A DNA stretch of 45,031 bases. Source: Clostridia bacterium. GTDB lineage: Bacteria; Bacillota; Clostridia; Oscillospirales; CAG-272. The DNA is taken from positions 1-45,031 of the forward strand of contig JAGANE010000071.1 of NCBI GenBank assembly GCA_017624395.1, given 5' to 3'. Below, one piece after another: positions 33,593-42,754 of the stretch. Made by a program: the position numbers and the translations under genes. Under the pieces are notes generated by a model. The model searched no databases. It saw only the letters and a list, made by a program, of their open reading frames with translations, and had not been told where the DNA came from. Every line of letters begins with the position of its first letter. Within the stretch, counting starts at the first letter, position 1.

Positions 33593-35257
33593 TTACTGTA
33601 ACCGAATTCTTGCTCGGTGATCGGGAAGATTGAATCGGAAAAAGCTATTTGGGGTTGCATCCAGCTCCTCTTTCATGTTTTTTAAGACGTTGTCAAGCAG
33701 GATTTTTACGGTTTCTTCCTCTGCGGTGAGAGATTCCTTGGCGGTATCAAAATGCTCCTTCAGATCAACCAAGGCAGGAACTGCCGAGGAGCCAAGCTCG
33801 CTCAATGCATAAACGTCCACGCTTTTCAGATCGTTGGAAAGGTAAGCATCCACGTTATAGTCGGCAATCATTCCGTCCACGTTGGGGATCGCGATCAAGG
33901 CAAAAAAGAGAACGCAGACCAGACAAACGGCAGGGAGCAGGCGCAAGCGCTTGATCGCGCAGGAGAGCAATACCAGAACAAAGATCACAGCCAAAAGCAG
34001 CATAAACCACGAGGCGTACACACGCTTTTGTGTCAGTCCGTAGGAGCCGATATAAAGTGCCATTTTGGAAAGCGCGGTGGCGATCAGGATCAGTGTAAAT
34101 ATCGAGATCACGCAGGAGTAAAGAATGCGGATCGGGGAGCGACGTCCGTCGCTTCTTTCTTTCATCAAGAGATTAAAGAGTAGCAGCATCACCGCATTGA
34201 TCGCACAGACACCGCAAAGCTGGAAAAAGCCCTCGCGCGCGTAGGCGGCATAGGTCAGGTCCTCGGGCAAAATTCCCGTAAAGGCCGATACGTAGTAGCT
34301 CCATTGGGAAATAAAGAAGATCACGTAAACGGCAAGGATCGGGGTGACTGCGGCACACAGGAGGGCACCGTGCAGGATGTGCAGGTTGGGTTGCTCTACC
34401 GTTTGCTCCTCTCCGTTGTTTTTGACGTGTGCTTGGCGGATGCCCGAAAGAATGGCAAATAGGACTATGGCGGAGAGAAAGCCGAGGATCAGGTCGCCCA
34501 AGAATTCCCCAAAGCCGTCCAATGAAAAGGAGAAGATGTGGTCTAACAGAGCGGTAAAGCTTTGATCATAGGAAAGCAAAAGAATGACAATGGTGGTGGG
34601 AATCACGGCAACGGCAAGTCCCAAAAGCGCCCAACCGATGGCGTGCAGGAGCTTGCGGTTGACACTGCCTTTCTTTCCAATCGCGCCAAAGGCGGGAAAA
34701 ATGTGCCAAATGGAGGAAAGGGGAAGGGCAAGCACGGATTGGTAGAGGTGGGGAATCAAACGCTCGGAAAAGGGGTTCTTTCCGCCAAGACCTGATGCAA
34801 GGTAGCACCAGAAAGCAAAGGCAAGCAGGATCAAGAGGAATAGGACGCCTCGCACGGTGCGGTTTCCGTTGGTGATCAACCCCAAAGAAAGCACAGCGAT
34901 GCCGACCGCAAGGGGAATGGTCAGCTTATGAATTTGAATTTTGGCACACAGAAGGTATCCAATGCCAAAGCAAAAGAGCAGCCAGAGGAACAGCATTCCG
35001 CCAAGCGGAGTGTCGGTGACGGGCATGGAACGGACAAAAAGATAGCCCACCGCCACCGATAAAAATGCAAATAACGCATCCACGCCCTTAAAATGAGGCT
35101 TTTCCGCAGGAGGCTGAACCGTAAACGGGGTACCGTAAAGATAGGGTAGCTCCTGCGGTGTTTGCGCAGACTGCGGCGGTTGCATCCTTGGTGTTTGTTC
35201 TTTTTCCATATTCTGCGGTGTGTTATGAAAATTTGATTCGTTTGGAATGTGGTTCAT
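33593..35257 (-). CDS. polytopic membrane protein (554 aa, about 12 TM), possibly DUF4153/DUF4173-like; function unknown
   Basis: Start set at ATG 35257 (RBS AAAGGAG 7 nt upstream; MNHIPNESNF...). The longer listed ORF would overlap the HTH gene. A Pro/Gln-rich N-terminal tail precedes many hydrophobic helices. Confidence 0.75.
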   Translation of the reverse strand: MNHIPNESNFHNTPQNMEKEQTPRMQPPQSAQTPQELPYLYGTPFTVQPPAEKPHFKGVDALFAFLSVAVGYLFVRSMPVTDTPLGGMLFLWLLFCFGIGYLLCAKIQIHKLTIPLAVGIAVLSLGLITNGNRTVRGVLFLLILLAFAFWCYLASGLGGKNPFSERLIPHLYQSVLALPLSSIWHIFPAFGAIGKKGSVNRKLLHAIGWALLGLAVAVIPTTIVILLLSYDQSFTALLDHIFSFSLDGFGEFLGDLILGFLSAIVLFAILSGIRQAHVKNNGEEQTVEQPNLHILHGALLCAAVTPILAVYVIFFISQWSYYVSAFTGILPEDLTYAAYAREGFFQLCGVCAINAVMLLLFNLLMKERSDGRRSPIRILYSCVISIFTLILIATALSKMALYIGSYGLTQKRVYASWFMLLLAVIFVLVLLSCAIKRLRLLPAVCLVCVLFFALIAIPNVDGMIADYNVDAYLSNDLKSVDVYALSELGSSAVPALVDLKEHFDTAKESLTAEEETVKILLDNVLKNMKEELDATPNSFFRFNLPDHRARIRLQ

Positions 35258-35282
35258 AAAAATACTCCTTTCATTTTGGGTT

Positions 35283-35495
35283 TTATTCTTCTTCATCGGG
35301 AACAAATTCAAGAATATCGGAGGGCTGGCAATCCAAAGCACGGCAGATGGCGTCAAGGGTGGAAAAGCGAATGGCTTTGGCGCGATTGTTTTTGAGAATG
35401 GAAAGGTTGGCAAGAGTGATGCCCACACGGTCGGATAGCTCTCCCAGGGAGATTTTGCGACGCGCCATCATTACGTCAAGATTTACAAGGATCAT
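35283..35495 (-). CDS. small Cro/C1-type HTH regulator (YozG-like, 70 aa)
   Basis: MILVNLDVMMARRKISLGELSDRVGITLANLSILKNNRAKAIRFSTLDAICRALDCQPSDILEF matches the conserved pattern of the short HTH proteins that pair with DUF2975. Confidence 0.88.
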   Translation of the reverse strand: MILVNLDVMMARRKISLGELSDRVGITLANLSILKNNRAKAIRFSTLDAICRALDCQPSDILEFVPDEEE

Positions 35496-35506
35496 ACTTG
35501 GTCACC

Positions 35507-35989
35507 TCAAATCGTAAAGTCGTTTTCGGACTTGATGCGGGTAGCTTCTTCAATGACGTGTTTGACCACGCGCAGGCAAAGACCGACAAAGCAGGCGGCA
35601 ATGGCTGCGGCAAAGGCAAGCTGAAACCAAACCCCGATTGCGGCAAAAAGCACGCCCTCCAAAAAGCAGCAAAGGGAAACGGCACCGATCAGGCGTGTGG
35701 CGGCTATGGTAAAGATGCGCTCCAAGAGGACGGCGCGCAGAATAAAAAACATCAAAACGACCGCCACCACGGCAACGCCGACCATGACGTAGGCATCGAT
35801 CAGAACCCATTTTCTGCCAAGGTCGGTGATCTCGGCACGGTTGCCAAGATTGTCGGTGGCATTGATGAGGGATTCGGTAACGTCGGGAAGCCAATAGATC
35901 AAAAATCCGAGCGCTCCAAGCAGTAAAAAGATCAGAACAATGGAGATCACGGTGGAAATTTTGCTTGTTTTATTGAATAAATGGGGCAT
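35507..35989 (-). CDS. DUF2975-type 4-TM membrane protein
   Basis: 160 aa with four TM helices and the characteristic C-terminal ...EEATRIKSENDFTI. It sits immediately upstream of the YozG-like HTH gene. RBS AGGAGG. Confidence 0.75.
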   Translation of the reverse strand: MPHLFNKTSKISTVISIVLIFLLLGALGFLIYWLPDVTESLINATDNLGNRAEITDLGRKWVLIDAYVMVGVAVVAVVLMFFILRAVLLERIFTIAATRLIGAVSLCCFLEGVLFAAIGVWFQLAFAAAIAACFVGLCLRVVKHVIEEATRIKSENDFTI

Positions 35990-36064
35990 TGTGTAATCCT
36001 CCTGTCATTTTTTTGCAAAAGAGACACAATTTTTTTCATGCGTAAAAATTTCTCTTGCAATGGT

Positions 36065-36093
36065 AGTATATCACAGTTGCTTTTGTTTGTCAA
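36065..36093 (-). promoter_or_regulatory. sigma-A promoter TTGACA-N17-TGaTATACT of the DUF2975/HTH/membrane operon
   Basis: On the minus strand the -35 is at 36088-36093, the spacer is 17 nt and the -10 TATACT is at 36065-36070, preceded by TGa. Confidence 0.6.
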
Positions 36094-36394
36094 TAGAAAT
36101 TTATCGAAAAACAATAAAAAATTCCAAATATTAGAAAGAGAATTAGAATTGTTATAAAAATAAAGAGTCAAAAAGCGGAAATTGAAATTTCGTGCTTGCA
36201 AAGCAGGGGGATTGGCTTTTGGCAATTTTCGGTGCTTTCACTTGCAAAGTACAATTGTTAAAACCATTTTGCTTTTTGAGTGAAAAATGTATTGAAAACA
36301 CAAGCTGATCTTGCGATCGGGGCTTGACAGTGGCTAAAAATCGAAAAAATAGCAAAAAAATGCGGAATTATTAAAAGAAAATGTGGAATTCCTA

Positions 36395-36423
36395 TTGACA
36401 AATCGCCTTGAAAATGGTATTAT
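36395..36423 (+). promoter_or_regulatory. consensus sigma-A promoter TTGACA-N17-TGgTATTAT of the 2057-aa gene
   Basis: TTGACA at 36395-36400, 17-nt spacer and TATTAT at 36418-36423 preceded by TGg. It predicts an approximately 135-nt leader containing a CCGCC-GAAA-GGCGG hairpin (36523-36536). Confidence 0.65.
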
Positions 36424-36565
36424 ATTAATAAATATAGGCATAACTGTGCCCGTAGCGCCCGTGTGAGTCTCCTTTGAGGTGAGCATAGGACAGCGGAACG
36501 CATGCCGAAAACAAGTCTTTTACCGCCGAAAGGCGGAATCTCAAACAAGAAGCGAGGTTTTTGTT

Positions 36566-39500
36566 ATGAAGATTTTCAACAAGGTTCTTGCCCTGGTTCT
36601 GGCTTTGGTCACCGTGCTGGCAATTTTGCCGGTCAGTGTACTTGCCGAGGCATGGGCAGACGTGGACGTCAAGAACGACGGCGACAGCACCAAGGTGACA
36701 CTCACCCTGGATGCGGGCGCGCTGGCTGCGATCTTGCAGAAGGACGGCATTTCGCCCAATCTTCTCAAGGATCTGAAGGACGGCGTGGCAGTTGACGTTG
36801 ACGAGCTGAAGGCAGCTTTCTCGGTAGAGGAGCTGTTTGAGATCGTTCCGCGTGACGAATGGCTGAAGGTGTTTAACGTTGAGGAGATCCTGCAGGAGCT
36901 TGATACGGCAACACTGATGGGCTACATCGACAGCGTACCCGATCTTTTGAACGGCGTCATTGCTGATCCCGTAAAGGCTGCAAAGCTGGAGACTCTGCTT
37001 AAGAACACCAAGGGCGTTGAGGATTGTATCGACGCACTGGTTCTGATCCAGAATAAATATTTGACCTCCAAGGATCCCGCGGCTACACAGGAGTCTTTGA
37101 TTCTGAATCGTATTTCCGATGCGAACAGAAAGGCTCTGATCGCTTTGATCCAAGAGGACTCCAATAAGTTTGATCAGCTGGTTGCAGATCTTGAGAGCAA
37201 GCTGAAAAGCTTTGATCTTGAAGGGCTCAGAAAGCTTTTGGACGTTGATGCCATTTTTGATCCCGAGGATGGCGTGATCTCCATTGGCTCGGTGGTTGAT
37301 GCAGATAATGCTTGGAAGACTATCAGTGCTCCCGAAAGCGGTATTGCACTTTCTTCTATTGTAAATTTCACAGGCATTAAGAGCTTGATCGACAACGGTT
37401 CCAATAATGGTCCGATCAAGGCCGAAGACGTCGTTGTGCTTGGCACTGCTGCTACCAAGTTGAGCGCACTGCTTGATACCAATGCGACTCTTGCCGGTGA
37501 AATTGCCGACTGCGTGAACGAGAGTGCAACGATTACATACTTGAACGAAAACGTAGATCCTGCTATTTTGGTTGGCTACGTGACACTGACCGGATCTGTC
37601 ATCACTGCCATCGATGCTGTTAAGTTGGTACAGGATGAGGTGTTGACGGTTGATGACCTTTTGGGCAACAACCTTGTAGACAAGGCGGGTCTTGCCGAGA
37701 TCGCGGTTGACAATATTTCCGATATCGAGTCTATCATCAATACCGAGGCGGTAAAGACTTACATTACAAATGATATTATCTTCGCCGAGGACGTTGTTGA
37801 CACCGAAAAGGTGAAGGCACTTGTTGAAAACGACAAGCTGGCAATTGAGGACGTTATTGATATTGAGGCTGCAAAGAACGCACTTTTGGCTTTGGATGAT
37901 TCTGTGCTGATGGAGTACGTTGATGAGATCGAGGCATTCCGCTTGATCGGTCTTGACAAGGCAGTTGAGTTGGTTGGCGGCTATGCCGTTGCCAAGAATT
38001 ACATCGATATCAGCGGATTGATCTCCGACATCGATCTGGTTGCAACCATCAAGAAGATCCCCACCGAACAGATGAGCGAGGTGGTTGACTTTGATAAGCT
38101 GTTTGGCAAGGTAGACCTTGGCAAGATGATTGACATCATCGGCATGGATACGCTGTTTGCAGAGCTTGACAGCAATGAGCTGTTGGATATTGTAAAGCGG
38201 ATTGACGTTAAGGAAAAGGTTGTTCCGGTTCTTCGCATGGTGCTTGACCACGTGCTTGCAAACGTTGATGGCGTTGCACTCAACGGCTTTAACGTAGCAC
38301 TTGAGGATGCTGACGGTTATCTGACGGTCGACGCAAGCGAGATCGTAAAGGTGCTGAAGGATCTGATCCCTACCCTTGACGAAATTGCAAACCTGGAGGG
38401 CAATAAGGTATTCTCCCTCACCGTTGACCTTGATTACACCGTTGACGGTACCACGACCAAAAAGAGCAAGAGCGTAACCTTTGATCTTGTGATCGACGGT
38501 GATCTGTCGCTTTTGAAGAATGCAGCTGCTAAGTTGCAGGCTCTTTTGAATACTTATATTAATAAATTGGAAGTTTCTGCGGATTCCATTGTGATCGATC
38601 TCAACATCCCCGCAGTTGTGACCTCCATTTACGCAACTGTTCTGAATTACGATAACCTCAGCGACGATCTTAAGCAAAAGATTATGAGCGTAACCGATAT
38701 GAGCGGTAACGAGGCAATCGCATTCCTTGAGCAGGAGCTGACCTACGGTGACCTGTTGGCAATTCTTGAGTCGGTAGATCCTTCCGCGCTGTTGGATACT
38801 CTGACCAACATTGGCTTTGTACAGACCATTCTGAACAAGGTAGATGCTAAGCTTGGCACCTCGCTCTCCGACATGAGCATTGACGATATCGTTGATATCG
38901 CGCTCAATTCCAATTTCTCTATTGAAAACGTATGCGCAAAGATCGAAGCAAAGACGGGACGTGACGTTCTGGCAATTGCCGAGTCTTTGGCAATTAAGAC
39001 AGACAATCTTGTAAACAAGGCAGAAAAGATTGCTGCTGTTGAAAAGATCCTGAACGCAGTTGAGAGCAAGCTTGGCGTTGACGTCAGCGAGATCTCGGTT
39101 GCGGAGATCCTTGAAAGAGCCGAGGACGTTGACCTGATCGATGCGGTGATTGAAAAGGTTTCCGCAAAGATCGGCAAGGATATTCGTGGCATTCTCAATG
39201 ACTACACCATTGACGAGCTTTATGCCACAGCAGTGGAAAAGGCTGCCGATTATGAGGGTAAATATAATAAGGTAGTTAATTACGTAATTGCAAAGCTGCA
39301 GCTGCTTCCCGATGCTCTGATGAATGCGTCGATCTCCGATGCATACAAGGGCAACGGTGTATTCTCTGCAAACAATAGCTTTACCTACAATCCCAGAGCG
39401 CTTGCTCAAAAGGTTGTTGATAAGCTGCTTTCCAAGGTAGACGTTCCCGCAGCCGATTCCGTGGTGGATTTCCTCATGGATCGCATCACCGGCAACACTA

Positions 39501-42500
39501 TCACCACCGAGGTTTCTGTTGCACTTCGTTTCCAAAATCTCTATCGCATTACCTACCGTTCCCGCGATGACGTGAACAACGAGGGTACTCCTCTGTTCAC
39601 CGCAATCGTTCCTGTTGGCACAGATCTGAACATCTTTAAGAACAATTCCGATCTGATTGGCTATGAGTTTACCGGCTGGTATACTGCAGAAGGCGAGCAG
39701 ATCGATACGATGCCTGCTGCCGATACTACGGTTTATGCAGACCTGAACTCGGTTGAACTGACCTTTGAGGATGCCGATGGCAACACGCTGGGTACCATCA
39801 TGGTTCCGAAGGGCGGTAAGCTGAATGCCGAGGACGGCAAGTATCTTGCACTGATCGCGCAGATCGAGGAAATGCTGGTTCAGCCCGAGGGCAACGCCAA
39901 CATTCACAGAGATTTCAGCACCGTTTGGACTTGGGACGGCGGTGAGCTGGATATTTCCCGCGAAATGGGACTTGACGCATCCTTCGATGAGGATACCACG
40001 CTTGTGGCTGGCTGGAATGCCATCTACTTCCTTGGATTTGACGATCCTAACATCAAATACAGCGTTGAGGAAATCAACGGTGCGTACAGATTGATCATTC
40101 ACGGCGGTCTGCCCACTGCGTTTAAGCTCAATCTTGACAACGCAGGGCTGCTCAACCGTGCAACCGTTGATGAGGTTTCTCTTACCGTTTACATTGAGGA
40201 CGGCGACTTTGACTTCCTCGTATTCAACGATGCAACGCTTGCTTCTCTCTACACCGCAGGTGCAAACGAGGTCGTATTTGACTACGCACAGCTTGGCACC
40301 ACGGCACCCGATTCCTTTGCAAACACCATTTACGGCAAGGTCAACGGCGTGGAATTCTATGCATTTGACATTACTGCCGATGGCACCAAGAAGGCATTTG
40401 ACGATGCCATTGCGATCACCGTTCCCTTTGCAGCTGCAGAGCTGAACAAGGTCACCAACGTTTACACGATGGTTGATGGTGCGCGTGAGAGTGTTGATAC
40501 CGAGGTCGTTAAGAATGGACTTGTGAAGTTTGAGGCTGTTCACTTCTCTGACTTTGTTATTGCAAACGAGTATGAGCTGGTCGTAAACTTTGCCGATGAG
40601 GACGGTATTGCAATCTCCGGCGGTAGCCTGAAGGGCGAGACTGCAGGTGTGCGTGTGTACTTCCCCGCAGGCGCTGTGATCGATCTGGCATTTGATGGTA
40701 TTGACGATTACAACATCGTTGACATCAAGTATAACGGTGCTTCGATCAAGAACCAGACCACCTTTACCATGCCTGCAGAGGACGCTGTGATCGACGTTGT
40801 TCTGGAAGGCGCAAAGTTCTACATCTACTTCATCTACAACAATAATGGAACCCCGACGCTTGCTTATACCTACGAGTACAGCAAGAGAGGCTTGGACATT
40901 AACAGCTTTACGCTGCCCGCAGTGCCTGCCGATAAGATGGCAACCATTGCTGCTGCTGCCTCCAAGGGCTACAGCAAGAACGTTGCAGACGTTACTTGGT
41001 CGACATTTGACCCCAACGATCTTGGCAAGAACAACATTTACGTCTTTGCAAACTGGAAGGCAATCAACTACACCGTTAAGTTTGTGGACGAAAAGGGCGC
41101 CGCAATCGGTTCTGCTCTGACCAACGTAACCATCGAAAAGTATCCCACTCAGGATACTCTGCCCCTGCCCGCACTGCTTGAGGGTATGTCCAAGTGGACC
41201 ATCAAGTCCATTTCCGCCCCCAACGCAAGCAATGAGGTTACCATTACGCTGACCGCTGTTTACTCCGATGTGAAGTATCCGATCGTTGCAGATCAGAACG
41301 TCACCGTGGATAAGACCGAGGCGGCTGCCGGCGAGGATGTGACCGTGACCGTTACCGATAAGACCGGATACGATGCAACCATTGTGGTTACCAAGCCCAA
41401 CGGTGAGACCGTAACCGTGACCAACGGCAAGTTTACCATGCCTGCATCTGCAGTGACTGTAACCGCCGTTTACACCGCAAAGACCTATACCTACACCATC
41501 AACGGTACCGCAGGTACGGGTACTTACGGCGATACCATTACCTTTACCGTAACCGTTCAAAACGGCTACAAGCTGGAGTCGATCTCTGATTTCTGCACAT
41601 TGGTTTCTACCGTTGCACAGGGCAACGACAAGGTTCTTACCTATGCGTTCCTGCTGGACGGCGACAAGACTGTTACCTACACGCTCAAAGAAGTTGGATT
41701 CTCGATTCTCAATATCTTCAACGGCAAGCTGTTTACCGGCTCGGGCGATCCCATGAGCGAGGATGAAAACGTGAAGTTCAACGGTTGGTCTGCCGCACTG
41801 TTCGGCTCGATCCGCTTTGCAACCTTCTCGTTGATCGAATCTGCTGCATCTTTGTTGTGGCTGTGGATCCTGCTTGCAATCCTGCTCCTGATCGCAATCA
41901 TCGCTCTCCTCTACGTCCTGCACATCACGGGCAAGTGGAAGAAGCCGATGTTCCTGGTTCGCTTTATCGTATGGATCGTAAGTCTGTTCTTTGGTCTCTG
42001 CCTGGCACTTGCTGCATTGTGGCTCAAGATACTGCACCTGTTTGGTAAGAGCGATGATCCTGCTGATTATGGCTTTACCGAAGTAGAAAAGGAAGAACTC
42101 CCCGAGGAGACTGCGGAAGAAGCCACCGAAGAAGCTACCGAGGAAACTTCCGAAGAAGCAACCGAAGAAGCAACCGAAGAAGCAACCGAAGAAGCAACCG
42201 AAGAAGTTACGGCTGAGAATGCTGTGATTGCTGAGGCAATTGTTGCAGAGGAAACAACCGCTGAGGAAGCACCTGCAGAAGAAGCAACCACCGAGGAGGC
42301 ACCTGCAGAAGAAGCAACCGCTGAGGAAACTCCCGTAGAAGAAGCAACCGCTGAGGAGGCTCCCGTAGAAGAAGCAACCGCAGAGGAAGCTCCTGTTGAA
42401 GAAGCAACCGCAGAGGAAGCACCTGCAGAAGAAGCAACCGCTGAGGAAACTCCTGCAGAGGAAGCAACCACCGAGGAAGCTCCTGTTGAAGAAGCAACCG

Positions 42501-42739
42501 CTGAGGAAGCACCTGCAGAAGAAGCAACCGCAGAGGAGGCTCCTGCAGAGGAAGCAACCACTGAGGAAGCTCCTGCAGAGGAAGCAACCACCGAGGAAGC
42601 TCCCGCAGAAGAGGCAACCGCTGAGGAGGCTCCCGCAGAGGAAGCAACCACCGAGGAAGCTCCTGCTGAAGAAGTTCCCGCAGAGGAAGAAGCTACCGAA
42701 GAAGCAGATTCCGATGAGGAAACAAAAGAAAACAAATAA
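36566..42739 (+). CDS. giant secreted/membrane-anchored protein (2057 aa): signal peptide, about 1000 aa of short helical repeats, Listeria-Bacteroides (Flg_new)-type beta repeats, C-terminal TM hairpin, acidic repeat tail
   Basis: Start at ATG 36566 (MKIFNKVLALVLALVTVLAILPVSVLAEA). GYEFTGWYTAEGEQIDTMPAADTTVYA and ANWKAINYTVKF are Flg_new-like. Two hydrophobic helices lie at about 41838-42035, separated by KWKK. Confidence 0.85.
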   Translation: MKIFNKVLALVLALVTVLAILPVSVLAEAWADVDVKNDGDSTKVTLTLDAGALAAILQKDGISPNLLKDLKDGVAVDVDELKAAFSVEELFEIVPRDEWLKVFNVEEILQELDTATLMGYIDSVPDLLNGVIADPVKAAKLETLLKNTKGVEDCIDALVLIQNKYLTSKDPAATQESLILNRISDANRKALIALIQEDSNKFDQLVADLESKLKSFDLEGLRKLLDVDAIFDPEDGVISIGSVVDADNAWKTISAPESGIALSSIVNFTGIKSLIDNGSNNGPIKAEDVVVLGTAATKLSALLDTNATLAGEIADCVNESATITYLNENVDPAILVGYVTLTGSVITAIDAVKLVQDEVLTVDDLLGNNLVDKAGLAEIAVDNISDIESIINTEAVKTYITNDIIFAEDVVDTEKVKALVENDKLAIEDVIDIEAAKNALLALDDSVLMEYVDEIEAFRLIGLDKAVELVGGYAVAKNYIDISGLISDIDLVATIKKIPTEQMSEVVDFDKLFGKVDLGKMIDIIGMDTLFAELDSNELLDIVKRIDVKEKVVPVLRMVLDHVLANVDGVALNGFNVALEDADGYLTVDASEIVKVLKDLIPTLDEIANLEGNKVFSLTVDLDYTVDGTTTKKSKSVTFDLVIDGDLSLLKNAAAKLQALLNTYINKLEVSADSIVIDLNIPAVVTSIYATVLNYDNLSDDLKQKIMSVTDMSGNEAIAFLEQELTYGDLLAILESVDPSALLDTLTNIGFVQTILNKVDAKLGTSLSDMSIDDIVDIALNSNFSIENVCAKIEAKTGRDVLAIAESLAIKTDNLVNKAEKIAAVEKILNAVESKLGVDVSEISVAEILERAEDVDLIDAVIEKVSAKIGKDIRGILNDYTIDELYATAVEKAADYEGKYNKVVNYVIAKLQLLPDALMNASISDAYKGNGVFSANNSFTYNPRALAQKVVDKLLSKVDVPAADSVVDFLMDRITGNTITTEVSVALRFQNLYRITYRSRDDVNNEGTPLFTAIVPVGTDLNIFKNNSDLIGYEFTGWYTAEGEQIDTMPAADTTVYADLNSVELTFEDADGNTLGTIMVPKGGKLNAEDGKYLALIAQIEEMLVQPEGNANIHRDFSTVWTWDGGELDISREMGLDASFDEDTTLVAGWNAIYFLGFDDPNIKYSVEEINGAYRLIIHGGLPTAFKLNLDNAGLLNRATVDEVSLTVYIEDGDFDFLVFNDATLASLYTAGANEVVFDYAQLGTTAPDSFANTIYGKVNGVEFYAFDITADGTKKAFDDAIAITVPFAAAELNKVTNVYTMVDGARESVDTEVVKNGLVKFEAVHFSDFVIANEYELVVNFADEDGIAISGGSLKGETAGVRVYFPAGAVIDLAFDGIDDYNIVDIKYNGASIKNQTTFTMPAEDAVIDVVLEGAKFYIYFIYNNNGTPTLAYTYEYSKRGLDINSFTLPAVPADKMATIAAAASKGYSKNVADVTWSTFDPNDLGKNNIYVFANWKAINYTVKFVDEKGAAIGSALTNVTIEKYPTQDTLPLPALLEGMSKWTIKSISAPNASNEVTITLTAVYSDVKYPIVADQNVTVDKTEAAAGEDVTVTVTDKTGYDATIVVTKPNGETVTVTNGKFTMPASAVTVTAVYTAKTYTYTINGTAGTGTYGDTITFTVTVQNGYKLESISDFCTLVSTVAQGNDKVLTYAFLLDGDKTVTYTLKEVGFSILNIFNGKLFTGSGDPMSEDENVKFNGWSAALFGSIRFATFSLIESAASLLWLWILLAILLLIAIIALLYVLHITGKWKKPMFLVRFIVWIVSLFFGLCLALAALWLKILHLFGKSDDPADYGFTEVEKEELPEETAEEATEEATEETSEEATEEATEEATEEATEEVTAENAVIAEAIVAEETTAEEAPAEEATTEEAPAEEATAEETPVEEATAEEAPVEEATAEEAPVEEATAEEAPAEEATAEETPAEEATTEEAPVEEATAEEAPAEEATAEEAPAEEATTEEAPAEEATTEEAPAEEATAEEAPAEEATTEEAPAEEVPAEEEATEEADSDEETKENK
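42116..42211 (+). repeat. 8 x 12-nt in-frame repeat (EEAT)n
   Basis: GAAGAAGCAACC units read directly, encoding EEAT EEAT EETS EEAT EEAT EEAT EEAT EEVT. Confidence 0.9.
42248..42703 (+). repeat. about 14 x 30-nt in-frame repeat (EEAT[A/T]EEAP[A/V]) plus a degenerate tail
   Basis: Unit GAAGAAGCAACCGCTGAGGAAGCACCTGCA recurs with a strict 30-nt period from 42248 to 42667. Most differences are synonymous or A/T or A/V swaps. Confidence 0.9.
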
Positions 42740-42754
42740 TTTGAATTGAACAAA

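Noticed and set aside
33406-33660. 84-aa minus-strand ORF spanning the stop of the polytopic membrane gene and the GC-rich spacer.
   Set aside because: It overlaps the 3' end of a supported gene in another frame, has no RBS and gives an Arg/Pro-rich translation. I treated the region as non-coding (see the structured-RNA finding).
35283-35989. Small HTH protein plus adjacent small protein as a possible toxin-antitoxin pair.
   Set aside because: The partner is a 4-TM DUF2975-type membrane protein, not a toxin fold. This pairing is a known conserved regulator/membrane-protein module.
35947-36355. Two small minus-strand ORFs (92 and 67 aa) in the AT-rich 575-nt spacer upstream of the third giant gene.
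   Set aside because: They are AT-rich low-complexity translations with no RBS, and they lie across two well-formed divergent promoters. This is typical random ORF content in AT-rich intergenic DNA.
42116-42703. Regular 30-nt direct repeats that could superficially suggest a CRISPR array.
   Set aside because: The repeats are contiguous with no spacers. They are in frame within a long ORF with host codon usage and encode EEATAEEAPA. No cas genes or leader sequence are present.
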